A stretch of DNA of 64,000 bases, taken from the IMG/VR virus record IMGVR_UViG_3300008117_000028. The stretch is one strand, 5' to 3'. The position numbers and the translations under genes were made by a program. Under the pieces are notes generated by a model. The model was given only the letters and a program-made list of their open reading frames with translations, was not told the DNA's origin and searched no databases. The DNA is from an uncultured virus (IMG/VR IMGVR_UViG_3300008117_000028). Lineage: Duplodnaviria; Heunggongvirae; Uroviricota; Caudoviricetes. Of the stretch, positions 6,922 through 16,511 are shown piece by piece (the first letter of the stretch is position 1; each line of letters starts with the position of its first letter).

Positions 6922-7425
6922 TTAAACATATATAGGACATAATGTCCGATTTGTACTGTATGTACATTTTGGATATATATGTCCTATTTTTATGTGTGGG
7001 AACGTGGGCAGAATATCCCCTTTACGATAGCTTATAAAAAATCCCTGAAATTTATAGAAGAATGTCTAATAATATAGATAAATATAATATAAATTAGACT
7101 AAATGTATAATAAATATAGCAAAATGTCTAGCAAATTTAGCATATATTTATGCCCAAATTATGTCAAAAATCTCTTGACAAAGTGGGCAAAATATGCCAT
7201 TTACGAGAGGTCTTGACAAATCCCTGAACATTTGATATATGTGGGGACATGTGGAGTATTATGGAGTATTATGGGGAATCGCTCAATTACTCATATAATG
7301 TCTATATATATAATTAGTAATATTTGCTGATAAATTGATAGTATTTGTTTTTCTCTATATGATCTAGATATAGCTCTAAATGGGCTTTAAAGGGGGTTTT
7401 TAGAGGTTTAAATGAAGGGGGGAAT
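6922..7425. repeat. AT-rich non-coding convergence region with direct and inverted repeats
   Basis: TAGGACATA/TATGTCCTA inverted repeat; ~50-bp imperfect direct repeat 7004-7053/7183-7233; TGGAGTATTA tandem copies; TGTCAA/TTGACA inverted repeat. Confidence 0.7.
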
Positions 7426-7545
7426 CTAGGATGCTGATGCCATATTGAAGTGTTTGCTGCATACGCTTACAATGGCATAATCCACAGGTTGTGTGTATAT
7501 GCCTTCTCTATTGCAGTAATAGCATTTATCTTGGTTATTGTTCAT
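7426..7545 (-). CDS. small Cys/His protein (39 aa, CYYC...CSKH)
   Basis: Hand-translated. Confidence 0.5.
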   Translation of the reverse strand: MNNNQDKCYYCNREGIYTQPVDYAIVSVCSKHFNMASAS

Positions 7546-7563
7546 ATTGGTATAAATATTATA

Positions 7564-7773
7564 TCATTTCTTTCTACCGAGAAATCCTCCTATATTAGGA
7601 TCTAGCATCTCTTCTGGTACGTCCCGCCCATTTGGATATATTATATGGACTACATTAGGATTTGATGTATCTACGATTTTCTCCAGTTTTATGCAATAAT
7701 CTGGATTTTTATTGCATCTAGGGAACATGCTGGATTGATCGCATTTACAGAGCATTGTCCTCTTTCTCATCAT
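7564..7773 (-). CDS. hypothetical Cys-containing protein
   Basis: ORF track; the start may be MLCKC. Confidence 0.55.
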   Translation of the reverse strand: MMRKRTMLCKCDQSSMFPRCNKNPDYCIKLEKIVDTSNPNVVHIIYPNGRDVPEEMLDPNIGGFLGRKK

Positions 7774-7885
7774 CCCAAGCCATTTCCCAGCTTTCCATAT
7801 TCTTTGAAAAACGAGTAAATAATACTCCTAAAACTCCTGCAGTCACCCCAATAATAGCCATGAGTAACAATATAACCTTCTTCAT
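7745..7885 (-). CDS. small single-pass membrane protein (46 aa, MKKVILLLMAIIGV...)
   Basis: Hand-translated; ATGA coupling. Confidence 0.6.
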   Translation of the reverse strand: MKKVILLLMAIIGVTAGVLGVLFTRFSKNMESWEMAWDDEKEDNAL

Positions 7886-8073
7886 AAACTGCCATCCTTT
7901 CTCATATAATATTCAATGTCTAATTGTATTGCTACACATTTTTGACATAAAGCGTATATAAATTTCTCTTCCATAACATGTAAAAACAGTTGACCAGAAT
8001 TTTCACATCCATGACAACGTAATTTACTTCTCAAGAGACTTTTCCCATTCCTCTTGATAACTCCAATATTCAA
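7882..8073 (-). CDS. zinc-ribbon-like protein
   Basis: CHGC...CQKC. Confidence 0.55.
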   Translation of the reverse strand: MNIGVIKRNGKSLLRSKLRCHGCENSGQLFLHVMEEKFIYALCQKCVAIQLDIEYYMRKDGSL

Positions 8074-8296
8074 CTAAATCCTTTGACCCTAGATCATCAA
8101 ATAGGTATCTATTATTCTTTTCATTGTATATCCACCCACGCCATAGACCATCATAATCATCTATCCAAGACATATTAAAGTACTCGTATCTTATCTCATC
8201 TAACTCTGACTTGGCTAATAGGGCAAGTAACTCATCATTTTCTTTAATTAGCTTTCTGAGGGCATTTCTAAACTTAAAATATCTAATCATCATCAT
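8024..8296 (-). CDS. hypothetical protein
   Basis: ORF track. Confidence 0.65.
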   Translation of the reverse strand: MMMIRYFKFRNALRKLIKENDELLALLAKSELDEIRYEYFNMSWIDDYDGLWRGWIYNEKNNRYLFDDLGSKDLVEYWSYQEEWEKSLEK

Positions 8297-8522
8297 CCAA
8301 TTCCTCCGCCAACTCCTCTATATCTTCATCTATCATTACCTTGAACTTCTTATAGAAAGATTTTGCTAACTGCTCTAACTCCTCTATAATCCAAATTAGC
8401 TCCTCATGGCTAAAATCCTCTATATGATCTAGTATGAAATCATCTATTAAATTAAGGGTTTCATTTCTAAGGTCAGGTACTGACTGCATGTTCTCTCTTT
8501 CCGCCGCACTTTTCGCTTTCAC
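8283..8522 (-). CDS. acidic hypothetical protein
   Basis: ORF track. Confidence 0.6.
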   Translation of the reverse strand: MKAKSAAERENMQSVPDLRNETLNLIDDFILDHIEDFSHEELIWIIEELEQLAKSFYKKFKVMIDEDIEELAEELDDDD

Positions 8523-8567
8523 TAATTGGGATGTATATAGTATATATTATCTATATATTCTAGTCAA

Positions 8568-9047
8568 CTAATCAAATAGCTTATCTTGTAGCCATATGTA
8601 TTCTTTAATTAATGTAGCATTCTTTGTTATATTACAATATCCGTGAGAAGGTTTTGTATTTTCAATTGTATTTGGCCCTCCTTTAGATAAAGGGATTACA
8701 TGGTCAATATGTAGACCGTTCTCCCATCCTGGTTTTCCTACTTGTCTGGGTGCGTTGAGATCTATTGGCTTTTTGCATATATGGCAATCTGTTCCGTATT
8801 TTTCTAATATATCTTTTTCTAATATAGTATTGTTTGATAATATTGATAATCTTTTAGCACGAGATTTACGACTATTGGCTCTTATTTGATCGCCACGCCT
8901 AATTAGTTCATTCCGCCAATATTGTATTTCAGCTTCCCTGCATCTATCACAAGGCAGTTCTTTTGCATCTCTTCTGTGCCAATCATAACCAGAACGTGAA
9001 CCACAGTCTGGCTTGACTCTATGCCTTTTACCTATTTTATATTCCAA
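8568..9047 (-). CDS. HNH endonuclease
   Basis: CHICKK...HIDHVIPLSKGG.N...N..PSHGYCN..K; N-terminal GY..HRR....PC..C motif. Confidence 0.85.
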   Translation of the reverse strand: MEYKIGKRHRVKPDCGSRSGYDWHRRDAKELPCDRCREAEIQYWRNELIRRGDQIRANSRKSRAKRLSILSNNTILEKDILEKYGTDCHICKKPIDLNAPRQVGKPGWENGLHIDHVIPLSKGGPNTIENTKPSHGYCNITKNATLIKEYIWLQDKLFD

Positions 9048-9054
9048 TCTTATA

Positions 9055-9963
9055 TTAAACTAATAACTTATTAATAGTTTCCGCAACGTGTAAATTTCTA
9101 TGTAATCCCCAATGTCCTGATATTTTATTAGGAATATAATCATTTGCCCTATAAAAATATTTATTATCAGCATATTCAGAATGACACTTAAAAGATAGTT
9201 CTTCGTTAGAAATTAATAATGTAGGTATTGGATAATCAATTGCAAAATAATTATTGCTATAATTTAACATGTAATCTTTTAAAGAACCTAAATAATTCAT
9301 ATCATCGTCAAAAAAATCATAATTATAATCATGTTCATAAATACTATATTTAAAATTAATATTAAAATTTTTGCAATAAATTTCTAAAATATTTATAAAA
9401 GTATGAGTATAGTATCTTGTAATTTCAGTAGTTAATAATTTATTAGGATCATATGGAGATTTATGATATTTTTCAAAATTAGTGTTATGCGAATCTACTA
9501 ATGTAATACTTGCTTTATTTTTATGCAATATTGTAAATTTTTTTTCTTTAGAAGATATTTCCCATTTATTCTTTTCTAAAGGAAATTCTGCTCTATAACA
9601 TGGAAAAACTCCAACTACATTTTTAGGATTTCCAAATTGTTTGACGTATTGAAAAAATTTTATTACTTGCCCTTGGGCACTGTCTCCAGGTGAAGCTAAA
9701 GAATTTATTGTTTTAATCTTGTTAGATTTTAATAATTCTGGCCAAGAGTATTCGCTAGGAATCCCAAATCCAAAAGTATTTGAACATCCTAGCGATAACA
9801 AATCTACATTTTCTATAAAATCTGTTCCTCTATAACCAAAATTATTAATTTTATATTCAATATCTTTTTCTTTAAAAGAGCTGTTATAATTATTAAAAAT
9901 ATGATTTTTTAATTCGCTATTTATAAATGGCAAATATACATTATCTAAATAGTCATTATTCAT
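9055..9963 (-). CDS. SGNH-hydrolase-like phage protein (paralogue of 32047 and 33107)
   Basis: INNFGYRG, LGCSNTFGFG...SWP and C-terminal HWG...N.H motifs. Confidence 0.6.
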   Translation of the reverse strand: MNNDYLDNVYLPFINSELKNHIFNNYNSSFKEKDIEYKINNFGYRGTDFIENVDLLSLGCSNTFGFGIPSEYSWPELLKSNKIKTINSLASPGDSAQGQVIKFFQYVKQFGNPKNVVGVFPCYRAEFPLEKNKWEISSKEKKFTILHKNKASITLVDSHNTNFEKYHKSPYDPNKLLTTEITRYYTHTFINILEIYCKNFNINFKYSIYEHDYNYDFFDDDMNYLGSLKDYMLNYSNNYFAIDYPIPTLLISNEELSFKCHSEYADNKYFYRANDYIPNKISGHWGLHRNLHVAETINKLLV

Positions 9964-10073
9964 ATTAATTTTTTATTTAATTTTTATTTTATAATTGGCT
10001 TTCCTGTAGCCTAAGCCATATGAACCTAACATTAATAAAATAATAGCTGATGAATGTAACAAATAAAACATGA

Positions 10074-12116
10074 TTAGCCCTTCTTTACATCAAATCGGTC
10101 TAGCATCATAACCTTATCCCACGCTGAAATAAAGTCTTTAATATATTTATCTTTTGCATCATCTGAGGCATATACTTCAGCAATTGCACGAAGTTCTGAA
10201 TTAGATGCAATAATTAGATCCACTCTAGGAACCCCGTTTGCCTGATCAGCATTAATATAGGAAAGTAGATCAACTAAATAACTATTGTCTAGTTTTTCAT
10301 TACTTAGCATTCGCATTCCAGATAACAATAGAACCATTTCTACTGGTGTTAGACCTAATAGGTTAGCTTTTTCTACTAACAAAACCTCTTCTGGGGTTGG
10401 TATACCTTCCTGAACATAGTTACGGAAACCATCAAACTTTGGCTCAAGAACAGCAAATGATTCAATATCTGTTTGCTCTTGTGTAGCATCTCCACGACCA
10501 GCAATAAATGGAACCTCTACTTGATCTCCAGTAATTTTTTCAATTGCTGCACATCCTGCTAAAACAATTAAATCTGCAAGTGATGCATTAAAACTATCCT
10601 TAATAGATTCTAAGAAGCTAATAACATTTAATATTGATGGCTTATTATTAATTTCCCATGTATTTTGAGGCTGTAATCTAATACGGGCACCATTTGCGCC
10701 ACCACGCTTATCTGTTTTACGGAAAGTAGATGCAGAAGCCCAAGCGGTCTCTACAAAGTGTGACATAGGTATATCAGATGATTTAATCTTATTCTTAATA
10801 GCATCTATTTCAATATTAATATTAGATGATTGAACTGGATCCTGCCAAATTAATTCTTCTGATGGTACATCTTTACCAAGATATCTTGCAATTGGGCCCA
10901 TGTCTCTATGAGTTAACTTAAACCAAGCACGAGCAAAAACATTTGAGAAATAATCAAAATCTTCAAGGAATTTCTTTGAAATTTTTTCATATTCTGGATC
11001 GAATCGCAAAGCAAGGTCTGCTGTTGTCATTACTGGGGCATGGAATTTACCTTCAATATGAGCATCTGGAACTAAATTAGCAGCAGATTCATCTGTAGGT
11101 ATCCATTGTGTAGCTCCTGCAGGACTCTTTGTTTGTTTCCATTCATATTTAAATAGTAATTTAAGATATGAGTTATCCCATTTAGTAGGAGTTGCAGTCC
11201 ATGCACCTTCAATACCACTTGTAATTGTGTCTTCTGCATTACCTTTTCCAAATGAGTTTTTCCATCCAAGACCCATATCTTCAATTGGGGCAGCTTCTGG
11301 ATTTGGACCAACATGTGAAGGATCGCCAGCACCATGTGCTTTACCAAATGCATGTCCACCTGCAATAAGTGCAACTGTTTCCTCATCATTCATTGCCATA
11401 CGAGCAAAGGTTTCACGAATATCTTTTGCAGAAAGAACTGGATCTGGATTTCCATTAGGGCCTTCTGGGTTAACATAAATTAATCCCATTTGAACTGCAG
11501 CTAATGGATTTTCTAATTCACGATCTCCGCTATAACGATTGTCTGCAAGCCACTCTTTTTCTGATCCCCAATATGTATCGTCTGATTCCCAGACATCTTC
11601 ACGGCCACCAGCAAAACCAAATGTTTTAAATCCCATATTTTCAAGAGCAACATTTCCTGCAAGAATCATAAGGTCTGCCCACGAAATTTTCTTTCCATAT
11701 TTTTGTTTAATAGGCCATAGCAAACGACGGGCCTTATCTAAATTACCATTATCTGGCCAAGAGTTTTGTGGAGCAAATCTATGTAGACCTTCTCCAGCAC
11801 CACCACGACCATCTGAAATTCTATATGTACCTGCTGAATGCCATGCCATACGAATAAAGAATGGGCCATAGTTACCATAGTCTGCAGGCCACCATTCTTG
11901 CGAAGTAGTTAAAAGATAATCAATATCTTTTTTAATAGCATCAAGATCTAAACTTTCAAACTCTTTCGCATAATTAAAATCATCTGACATTGGGTCAGAT
12001 TTTTCTGAATGCTTTCTTAATCCTGACAAATCTAATTGATTAGGCCACCAATCTGCATTTGATGTTTTTTGATTGTTTAATGCATTACCCGTAAATGGGC
12101 ATTTTGCTTCGCTCAT
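10074..12116 (-). CDS. katG: catalase-peroxidase
   Basis: [48 protein letters not shown] and [10 protein letters not shown] motifs. Confidence 0.97.
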   Translation of the reverse strand: MSEAKCPFTGNALNNQKTSNADWWPNQLDLSGLRKHSEKSDPMSDDFNYAKEFESLDLDAIKKDIDYLLTTSQEWWPADYGNYGPFFIRMAWHSAGTYRISDGRGGAGEGLHRFAPQNSWPDNGNLDKARRLLWPIKQKYGKKISWADLMILAGNVALENMGFKTFGFAGGREDVWESDDTYWGSEKEWLADNRYSGDRELENPLAAVQMGLIYVNPEGPNGNPDPVLSAKDIRETFARMAMNDEETVALIAGGHAFGKAHGAGDPSHVGPNPEAAPIEDMGLGWKNSFGKGNAEDTITSGIEGAWTATPTKWDNSYLKLLFKYEWKQTKSPAGATQWIPTDESAANLVPDAHIEGKFHAPVMTTADLALRFDPEYEKISKKFLEDFDYFSNVFARAWFKLTHRDMGPIARYLGKDVPSEELIWQDPVQSSNINIEIDAIKNKIKSSDIPMSHFVETAWASASTFRKTDKRGGANGARIRLQPQNTWEINNKPSILNVISFLESIKDSFNASLADLIVLAGCAAIEKITGDQVEVPFIAGRGDATQEQTDIESFAVLEPKFDGFRNYVQEGIPTPEEVLLVEKANLLGLTPVEMVLLLSGMRMLSNEKLDNSYLVDLLSYINADQANGVPRVDLIIASNSELRAIAEVYASDDAKDKYIKDFISAWDKVMMLDRFDVKKG

Positions 12117-12180
12117 TATTTCTCTTTCTACTAGTAGATAATCTATTATATAATATTTATACTTATTTAGTCAATAGTAT

Positions 12181-12444
12181 TTAACAATTATGTGTACATC
12201 CACAAACTGGACATGGAGATCCTGGTGGAGATACGCAATCATCGCACCACTCTGGCGGAGTTTTTTGATAACCAGGAATACTATTTTCAATTTTATTTTT
12301 AGGCACAATTCTTCTAATTTCATATAAACATACTAGGCATTCCCCTATGTATAGATAATTTCCAGACTCCAATTGATTTATAGCTGTAGTTTTACCCCTT
12401 ACAACCATCTCACAATATTTACAATATGCATCAAATTCTTTCAT
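12181..12444 (-). CDS. Cys-rich zinc-ribbon protein
   Basis: Several CxxC motifs (AYCKYC, GECLVC, CDDC, CPVC). Confidence 0.6.
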   Translation of the reverse strand: MKEFDAYCKYCEMVVRGKTTAINQLESGNYLYIGECLVCLYEIRRIVPKNKIENSIPGYQKTPPEWCDDCVSPPGSPCPVCGCTHNC

Positions 12445-12598
12445 TATTCATATTCCCTATATTTACAATAAGGACATTTATCTTGTTTTTTTTCTATTTT
12501 TTTAAAAGTAGTATCGTATCTATTTCCGCATGTATAACAAAGTTTATTCACTAAACCATTTAACTTATGTTCCCAGTATATTGGACTTCTAAATTTAA

Positions 12599-12901
12599 TC
12601 ATCTTAATTTATCTCTAAATGGAGTTATTGGAATATTCCAGTCACCGTCATCGGACCATTTACCTGTTGAGTACCCAGCTTCAGATATTTCTTTATCTTT
12701 AATCCTGATCCATTTACCATACTCATTTGGTTCTGCAGAGCCCACATACTCCTGACCAGTTTCCATATCAATTAATTTCCATTTAGCTGGTGCTTTTGTA
12801 TGAATAGTTAAATCTATAGCATTTTCATATGATTCTACTGTTTCTCCATTTAAAAGCTTTCTCATATATTTTCTCCATTGGCGTCTTTTATATATCCACA
12901 A
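12599..12901 (-). CDS. hypothetical protein (likely start MRKLLNG)
   Basis: ORF track. Confidence 0.65.
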   Translation of the reverse strand: MWIYKRRQWRKYMRKLLNGETVESYENAIDLTIHTKAPAKWKLIDMETGQEYVGSAEPNEYGKWIRIKDKEISEAGYSTGKWSDDGDWNIPITPFRDKLR

Positions 12902-13023
12902 GAATCACAAATAAAATATTTTTTCATAGTAAATGGACAGGACGTATATCTAAACAAAGGATGTCCAAACAACTTGCATTTTATTTTATTTAACATTAAT
13001 TTATTTTACAATATTGTAACAAA

Positions 13024-13845
13024 TTAGTCAATTAATTTTTTATTAATTATTTTATGGGTATTATCGCAATATGGAAAATCTTTAGATTGTCCACAAATGC
13101 ATTTCTTTTTACAAAAAGTTGTTTCTGGATGTACAGTATTTACCCAACTAATTATTTCCTCTTCTTCTTTCATAAAAGGATGTTTTTCTGGGTCAAACAG
13201 CTCAAAAGTTCCAGGCGCATGTTCTTTTTCCATTGCAAAATTAGAATAAGCATATCTAGTACCGCCAGTTATTTTTCTTACCCCATGTTCCCATGGATGA
13301 CATGCTCCATGAATTACTAAATCTCTTGGGTTTACTTCAACTTCTAAACAATCTTGATCATCTTGAGGTCGTTGTTTAATAGATCCATCTTTTTCAATAT
13401 TAGGATAATAAATGTTTCCACCCTCGTAATCTCCAAAATATGTTACTATTCCATGACTTAATCTACAGCATGTACTCCATCTATCTAATTGTGTTAATTT
13501 ATGCTCCATATTCATTCCTGGACTATCTGCATGTATGAACATGCCTTCATCTCCAGGTCTCATTACGTTAACAAAAAGTTGTGGATGAATATAGTGTTCT
13601 GGGTATAGAAGATAGGATATTTTGTCCCATATTGGCTTTAAATCAATTAGCAGTGGGCCAGTTTTATCTTTATACCAATCAATATGTTGATTTTTGTAAA
13701 CAAAAGCTTCTTTTTTATCTTTAAATGTATTTTCATATTCTTTCATTAAAGAAGTTATTTTATTATTTTCTTCTTCTGAAATAAAATTTTTATATATCCA
13801 TATTTCTTCTGCAATTTGTTTTATATTATTGTTTTTTGTAAACAT
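13024..13845 (-). CDS. 2OG-Fe(II) oxygenase (prolyl-4-hydroxylase-like) with C-terminal CDGSH-type Fe-S motif
   Basis: HAD...YEGG.IYYP...HGV..ITGGTRY; CICGQSKDFPYCDNTH. Confidence 0.85.
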   Translation of the reverse strand: MFTKNNNIKQIAEEIWIYKNFISEEENNKITSLMKEYENTFKDKKEAFVYKNQHIDWYKDKTGPLLIDLKPIWDKISYLLYPEHYIHPQLFVNVMRPGDEGMFIHADSPGMNMEHKLTQLDRWSTCCRLSHGIVTYFGDYEGGNIYYPNIEKDGSIKQRPQDDQDCLEVEVNPRDLVIHGACHPWEHGVRKITGGTRYAYSNFAMEKEHAPGTFELFDPEKHPFMKEEEEIISWVNTVHPETTFCKKKCICGQSKDFPYCDNTHKIINKKLID

Positions 13846-13846
13846 A

Positions 13847-14572
13847 TTAAACCTTGCTATTTTGTATAGGATTCAACCAATTATCAAAAGACTCTTGTGA
13901 CCTGTCTTTAATTTTTTCTAAATACTCTGGGCTTTTATATGAATAAAAAGTTCCTGGTACTTGTGCTATGTTTGTAGCAAAACAAGAAAAGGCATATCTA
14001 ACACCAGACAATACTGGTTTTGTTCCATGAAAATATGGAGCTTCTGATTTGTGTATAACTACGTCTCCAAGTCCAGGCTTGTATATTAATTCATCTGATT
14101 CATCAAAATTATTTTCTGATTTTAAAATTCCATCTTTTGAAAAAGCAGGATAAAATATTTCTCCACCTTCAAAATTTGATATATATGCAACAACTCCAAA
14201 ATCAATTATGCTACAGGTTGAATAACTATCTTCTTGAGTTAATTCATGAGCATTTTCTTTACCAGGGCTATCACAGTGAACAAACATTCCTTCTTGTCCT
14301 GGTCTTGAACATATGAATTGTGATTGTGGATTTATAACATACTCTGGATAAATAAGATCAGACACATGTTCCCACAAATCTAAGGCTTCTGGTACCGATG
14401 GACTCATTTTATCGTCATACCAAGGAATATAGTTTTTATCTTCTTTAAATCTATTTTCTTCGAATTTATCTAATATTGTAGAAAATCTATTGCACATTTC
14501 TTCTGGAATATAGTTTTTAAAGACATATATTCCTTCAGCAATTTGGATGCAGTCTGGTCGATTATAAAACAT
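13847..14572 (-). CDS. 2OG-Fe(II) oxygenase (prolyl-4-hydroxylase-like)
   Basis: HCD...FEGGEIFYP...HGTKPVLSGVRY; tandem paralogue of 13024. Confidence 0.85.
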   Translation of the reverse strand: MFYNRPDCIQIAEGIYVFKNYIPEEMCNRFSTILDKFEENRFKEDKNYIPWYDDKMSPSVPEALDLWEHVSDLIYPEYVINPQSQFICSRPGQEGMFVHCDSPGKENAHELTQEDSYSTCSIIDFGVVAYISNFEGGEIFYPAFSKDGILKSENNFDESDELIYKPGLGDVVIHKSEAPYFHGTKPVLSGVRYAFSCFATNIAQVPGTFYSYKSPEYLEKIKDRSQESFDNWLNPIQNSKV

Positions 14573-14599
14573 TATGTCTATATTCTATCATATATTTAA

Positions 14600-15244
14600 T
14601 CATTGAACAATAATTCCTACCTGTAAATGATTTAAGGCTAAATATTTATATTTTATATCATTATTTAAAACAAACTCTTGCCAAGCCTTAAACTCATGAG
14701 ATCTCCAATTATTATATCCAAAATATTCATCAAATATAATAACTGTACCTTTCACTATTCTATTTTTCCCTAATAAATTTAAAACAGTTTTAGTTGACTC
14801 ATAAGTATCACAATCAATATTAATAAACGCAAATGGGCCATTATTTTTAGACAACCAGTCTGGTAAAGATTCATCAAAATATCCAGGAATTAGTTCAACA
14901 TTATTATTAACTTCAGGCATAACTCCATTTAATGAAAAATCTCCTTGAGACCACTCCCAACCAGACCAATCTTCTTTAAGTCCTGTAAAAGAATCAAATC
15001 CGTAAAATTTATAGTTTGGTAATAATGAACTTATATAATTAATTGATTTACCATTAAATACACCAAATTCAGCCATTATGCCATAAAATTTTAATTGTTT
15101 TAAACAATAACGCCACATTGATTCTTTACTCTCATCAAAAAAGACTAAGGCGTCTTTCATATTTTGTTCAGCATAATCAGCAGAATCTTTTACAGCTCTT
15201 TCTAGTAAAACATCTGCTACTCTTAAATAAGGTTTTCTACTCAA
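14600..15244 (-). CDS. TylF/class I SAM-dependent methyltransferase-like protein
   Basis: EFGVFNGKS, GFDSFTGL.EDW, IDCDTYEST and IFDEY motifs. Confidence 0.8.
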   Translation of the reverse strand: MSRKPYLRVADVLLERAVKDSADYAEQNMKDALVFFDESKESMWRYCLKQLKFYGIMAEFGVFNGKSINYISSLLPNYKFYGFDSFTGLKEDWSGWEWSQGDFSLNGVMPEVNNNVELIPGYFDESLPDWLSKNNGPFAFINIDCDTYESTKTVLNLLGKNRIVKGTVIIFDEYFGYNNWRSHEFKAWQEFVLNNDIKYKYLALNHLQVGIIVQ

Positions 15245-15361
15245 AAAAGTCTTTCTACTAAATAATTCCTGTTTGTTCTGCGTCGTCTATCTGATCATCT
15301 ATTGTTCTTAAAATATCAATATGCAACTCCGAAGAGTCGCATATTGATTGTTTACACATAT

Positions 15362-15580
15362 TTATACTTTCTTAGATCTACCAGTTCTTTTTACTCCGAT
15401 ATTTGTTTCTCTACGAATACCGTGTTTATTTCTATCTATTCTGGTTAATGATCTTTTATCTTGAATTCCAGATTTAAACTTACCCTGTGTTGGATTTTTA
15501 CGACCAACTTCTTGAGAAGTTAAAGCTCCAGATGGTTCATTGTTTGGCGGAGTTGCCATTCCTGTACCATTTTCACTCAT
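15362..15580 (-). CDS. small basic, disordered-looking hypothetical protein
   Basis: ORF track. Confidence 0.6.
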   Translation of the reverse strand: MSENGTGMATPPNNEPSGALTSQEVGRKNPTQGKFKSGIQDKRSLTRIDRNKHGIRRETNIGVKRTGRSKKV

Positions 15581-15722
15581 TAATAAATCTTTCTCTTTGT
15601 TCTGAAGTTGCAGTCATATTTAATGTTAGTCCTGCTTCTCCATCTCTTGTTACATCTAACATAGGAGCTGAAACAATTCCTGTTTCGCTTCCTACTGATT
15701 CACATCCGCATTCTACACACAT
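15573..15722 (-). CDS. small protein beginning MCVECGC (49 aa)
   Basis: Hand-translated. Confidence 0.55.
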   Translation of the reverse strand: MCVECGCESVGSETGIVSAPMLDVTRDGEAGLTLNMTATSEQRERFINE

Positions 15723-15724
15723 TA

Positions 15725-15883
15725 TTACTTACCGCCGTTGTTTAGTCCTGCGCCATCTTGTGATGATTTATCTGTTGCAGGGAATGCTGCTTTTGGAGCT
15801 TCTGTGTATGACTCTGTAGCCCATGGTGAAGAACCTGCTGGCTTTGCCTCATTGAAGCCTGTTAAATTTTTTCCGTCTGACAT
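15725..15883 (-). CDS. small hypothetical protein (52 aa, MSDGKNLTGF...)
   Basis: Hand-translated; AGGAG RBS. Confidence 0.65.
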   Translation of the reverse strand: MSDGKNLTGFNEAKPAGSSPWATESYTEAPKAAFPATDKSSQDGAGLNNGGK

Positions 15884-16100
15884 TTTATTTCTCCTATAGG
15901 TTTGTATTTAGATGGGTCTAGAAGTCCATCCATTACTCAATTATAGCATTTATAGGATTAGGATCTATATTTCCCATAACATGACTCACAAACCCATGAA
16001 TATAGGTTTAAATCTTTAATTATTCTAGTTGCCTTATTATTACAGTCTTTTTTTTCGCATAAACTCTCTACGTATGGAGAGTCCATTTGTTCTTTAGAAA

Positions 16101-16334
16101 TCACTTAATCCTATTTCCAAATTTAGCCCATGCTCTTTCATGTAAAAAGAACCCAAATATTTCGCACAATGTATAAATTAAAGCAAAAGCACCAGCATAT
16201 TCCCAATGGGCTTCTCCAGTAAGTAATTTTTCAAAAAAATAAACCATAGTTCCAACAAACAATATATGAACTGCTGGCCAAGTTAGAGCTTTAAACAAAC
16301 TTCTTTTTTTGCTATCCATTTTATTCCCTGCCAA
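16101..16334 (-). CDS. DUF2061-like membrane protein
   Basis: DSKKRSLFKALTW...FFLHERAW. Confidence 0.7.
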   Translation of the reverse strand: MAGNKMDSKKRSLFKALTWPAVHILFVGTMVYFFEKLLTGEAHWEYAGAFALIYTLCEIFGFFLHERAWAKFGNRIK

Positions 16335-16470
16335 TTTTTCTAATTATATAATCTATTACTTCTCGTGGTTTCCATTCATAAGGTAATTCTAAATATCTAA
16401 TTTCATCCAATATTTTTTGCCTTATTTGATCCTCTATGTAATCCACACATATATTCTATCATTTATATAA

Positions 16471-16499
16471 AAAAAGGGCAAGGTTTCCCCTGCCCTTTT
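16471..16499. terminator. intrinsic terminator
   Basis: AAAAAGGGCA...TGCCCTTTT downstream of the 16512 gene. Confidence 0.75.
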
Positions 16500-16511
16500 A
16501 ATATAAAGAAT

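Noticed and set aside
7478..7486. Further DnaA-box-like TAATCCACA
   Set aside because: Single mismatched copy inside a probable small CDS; likely chance.
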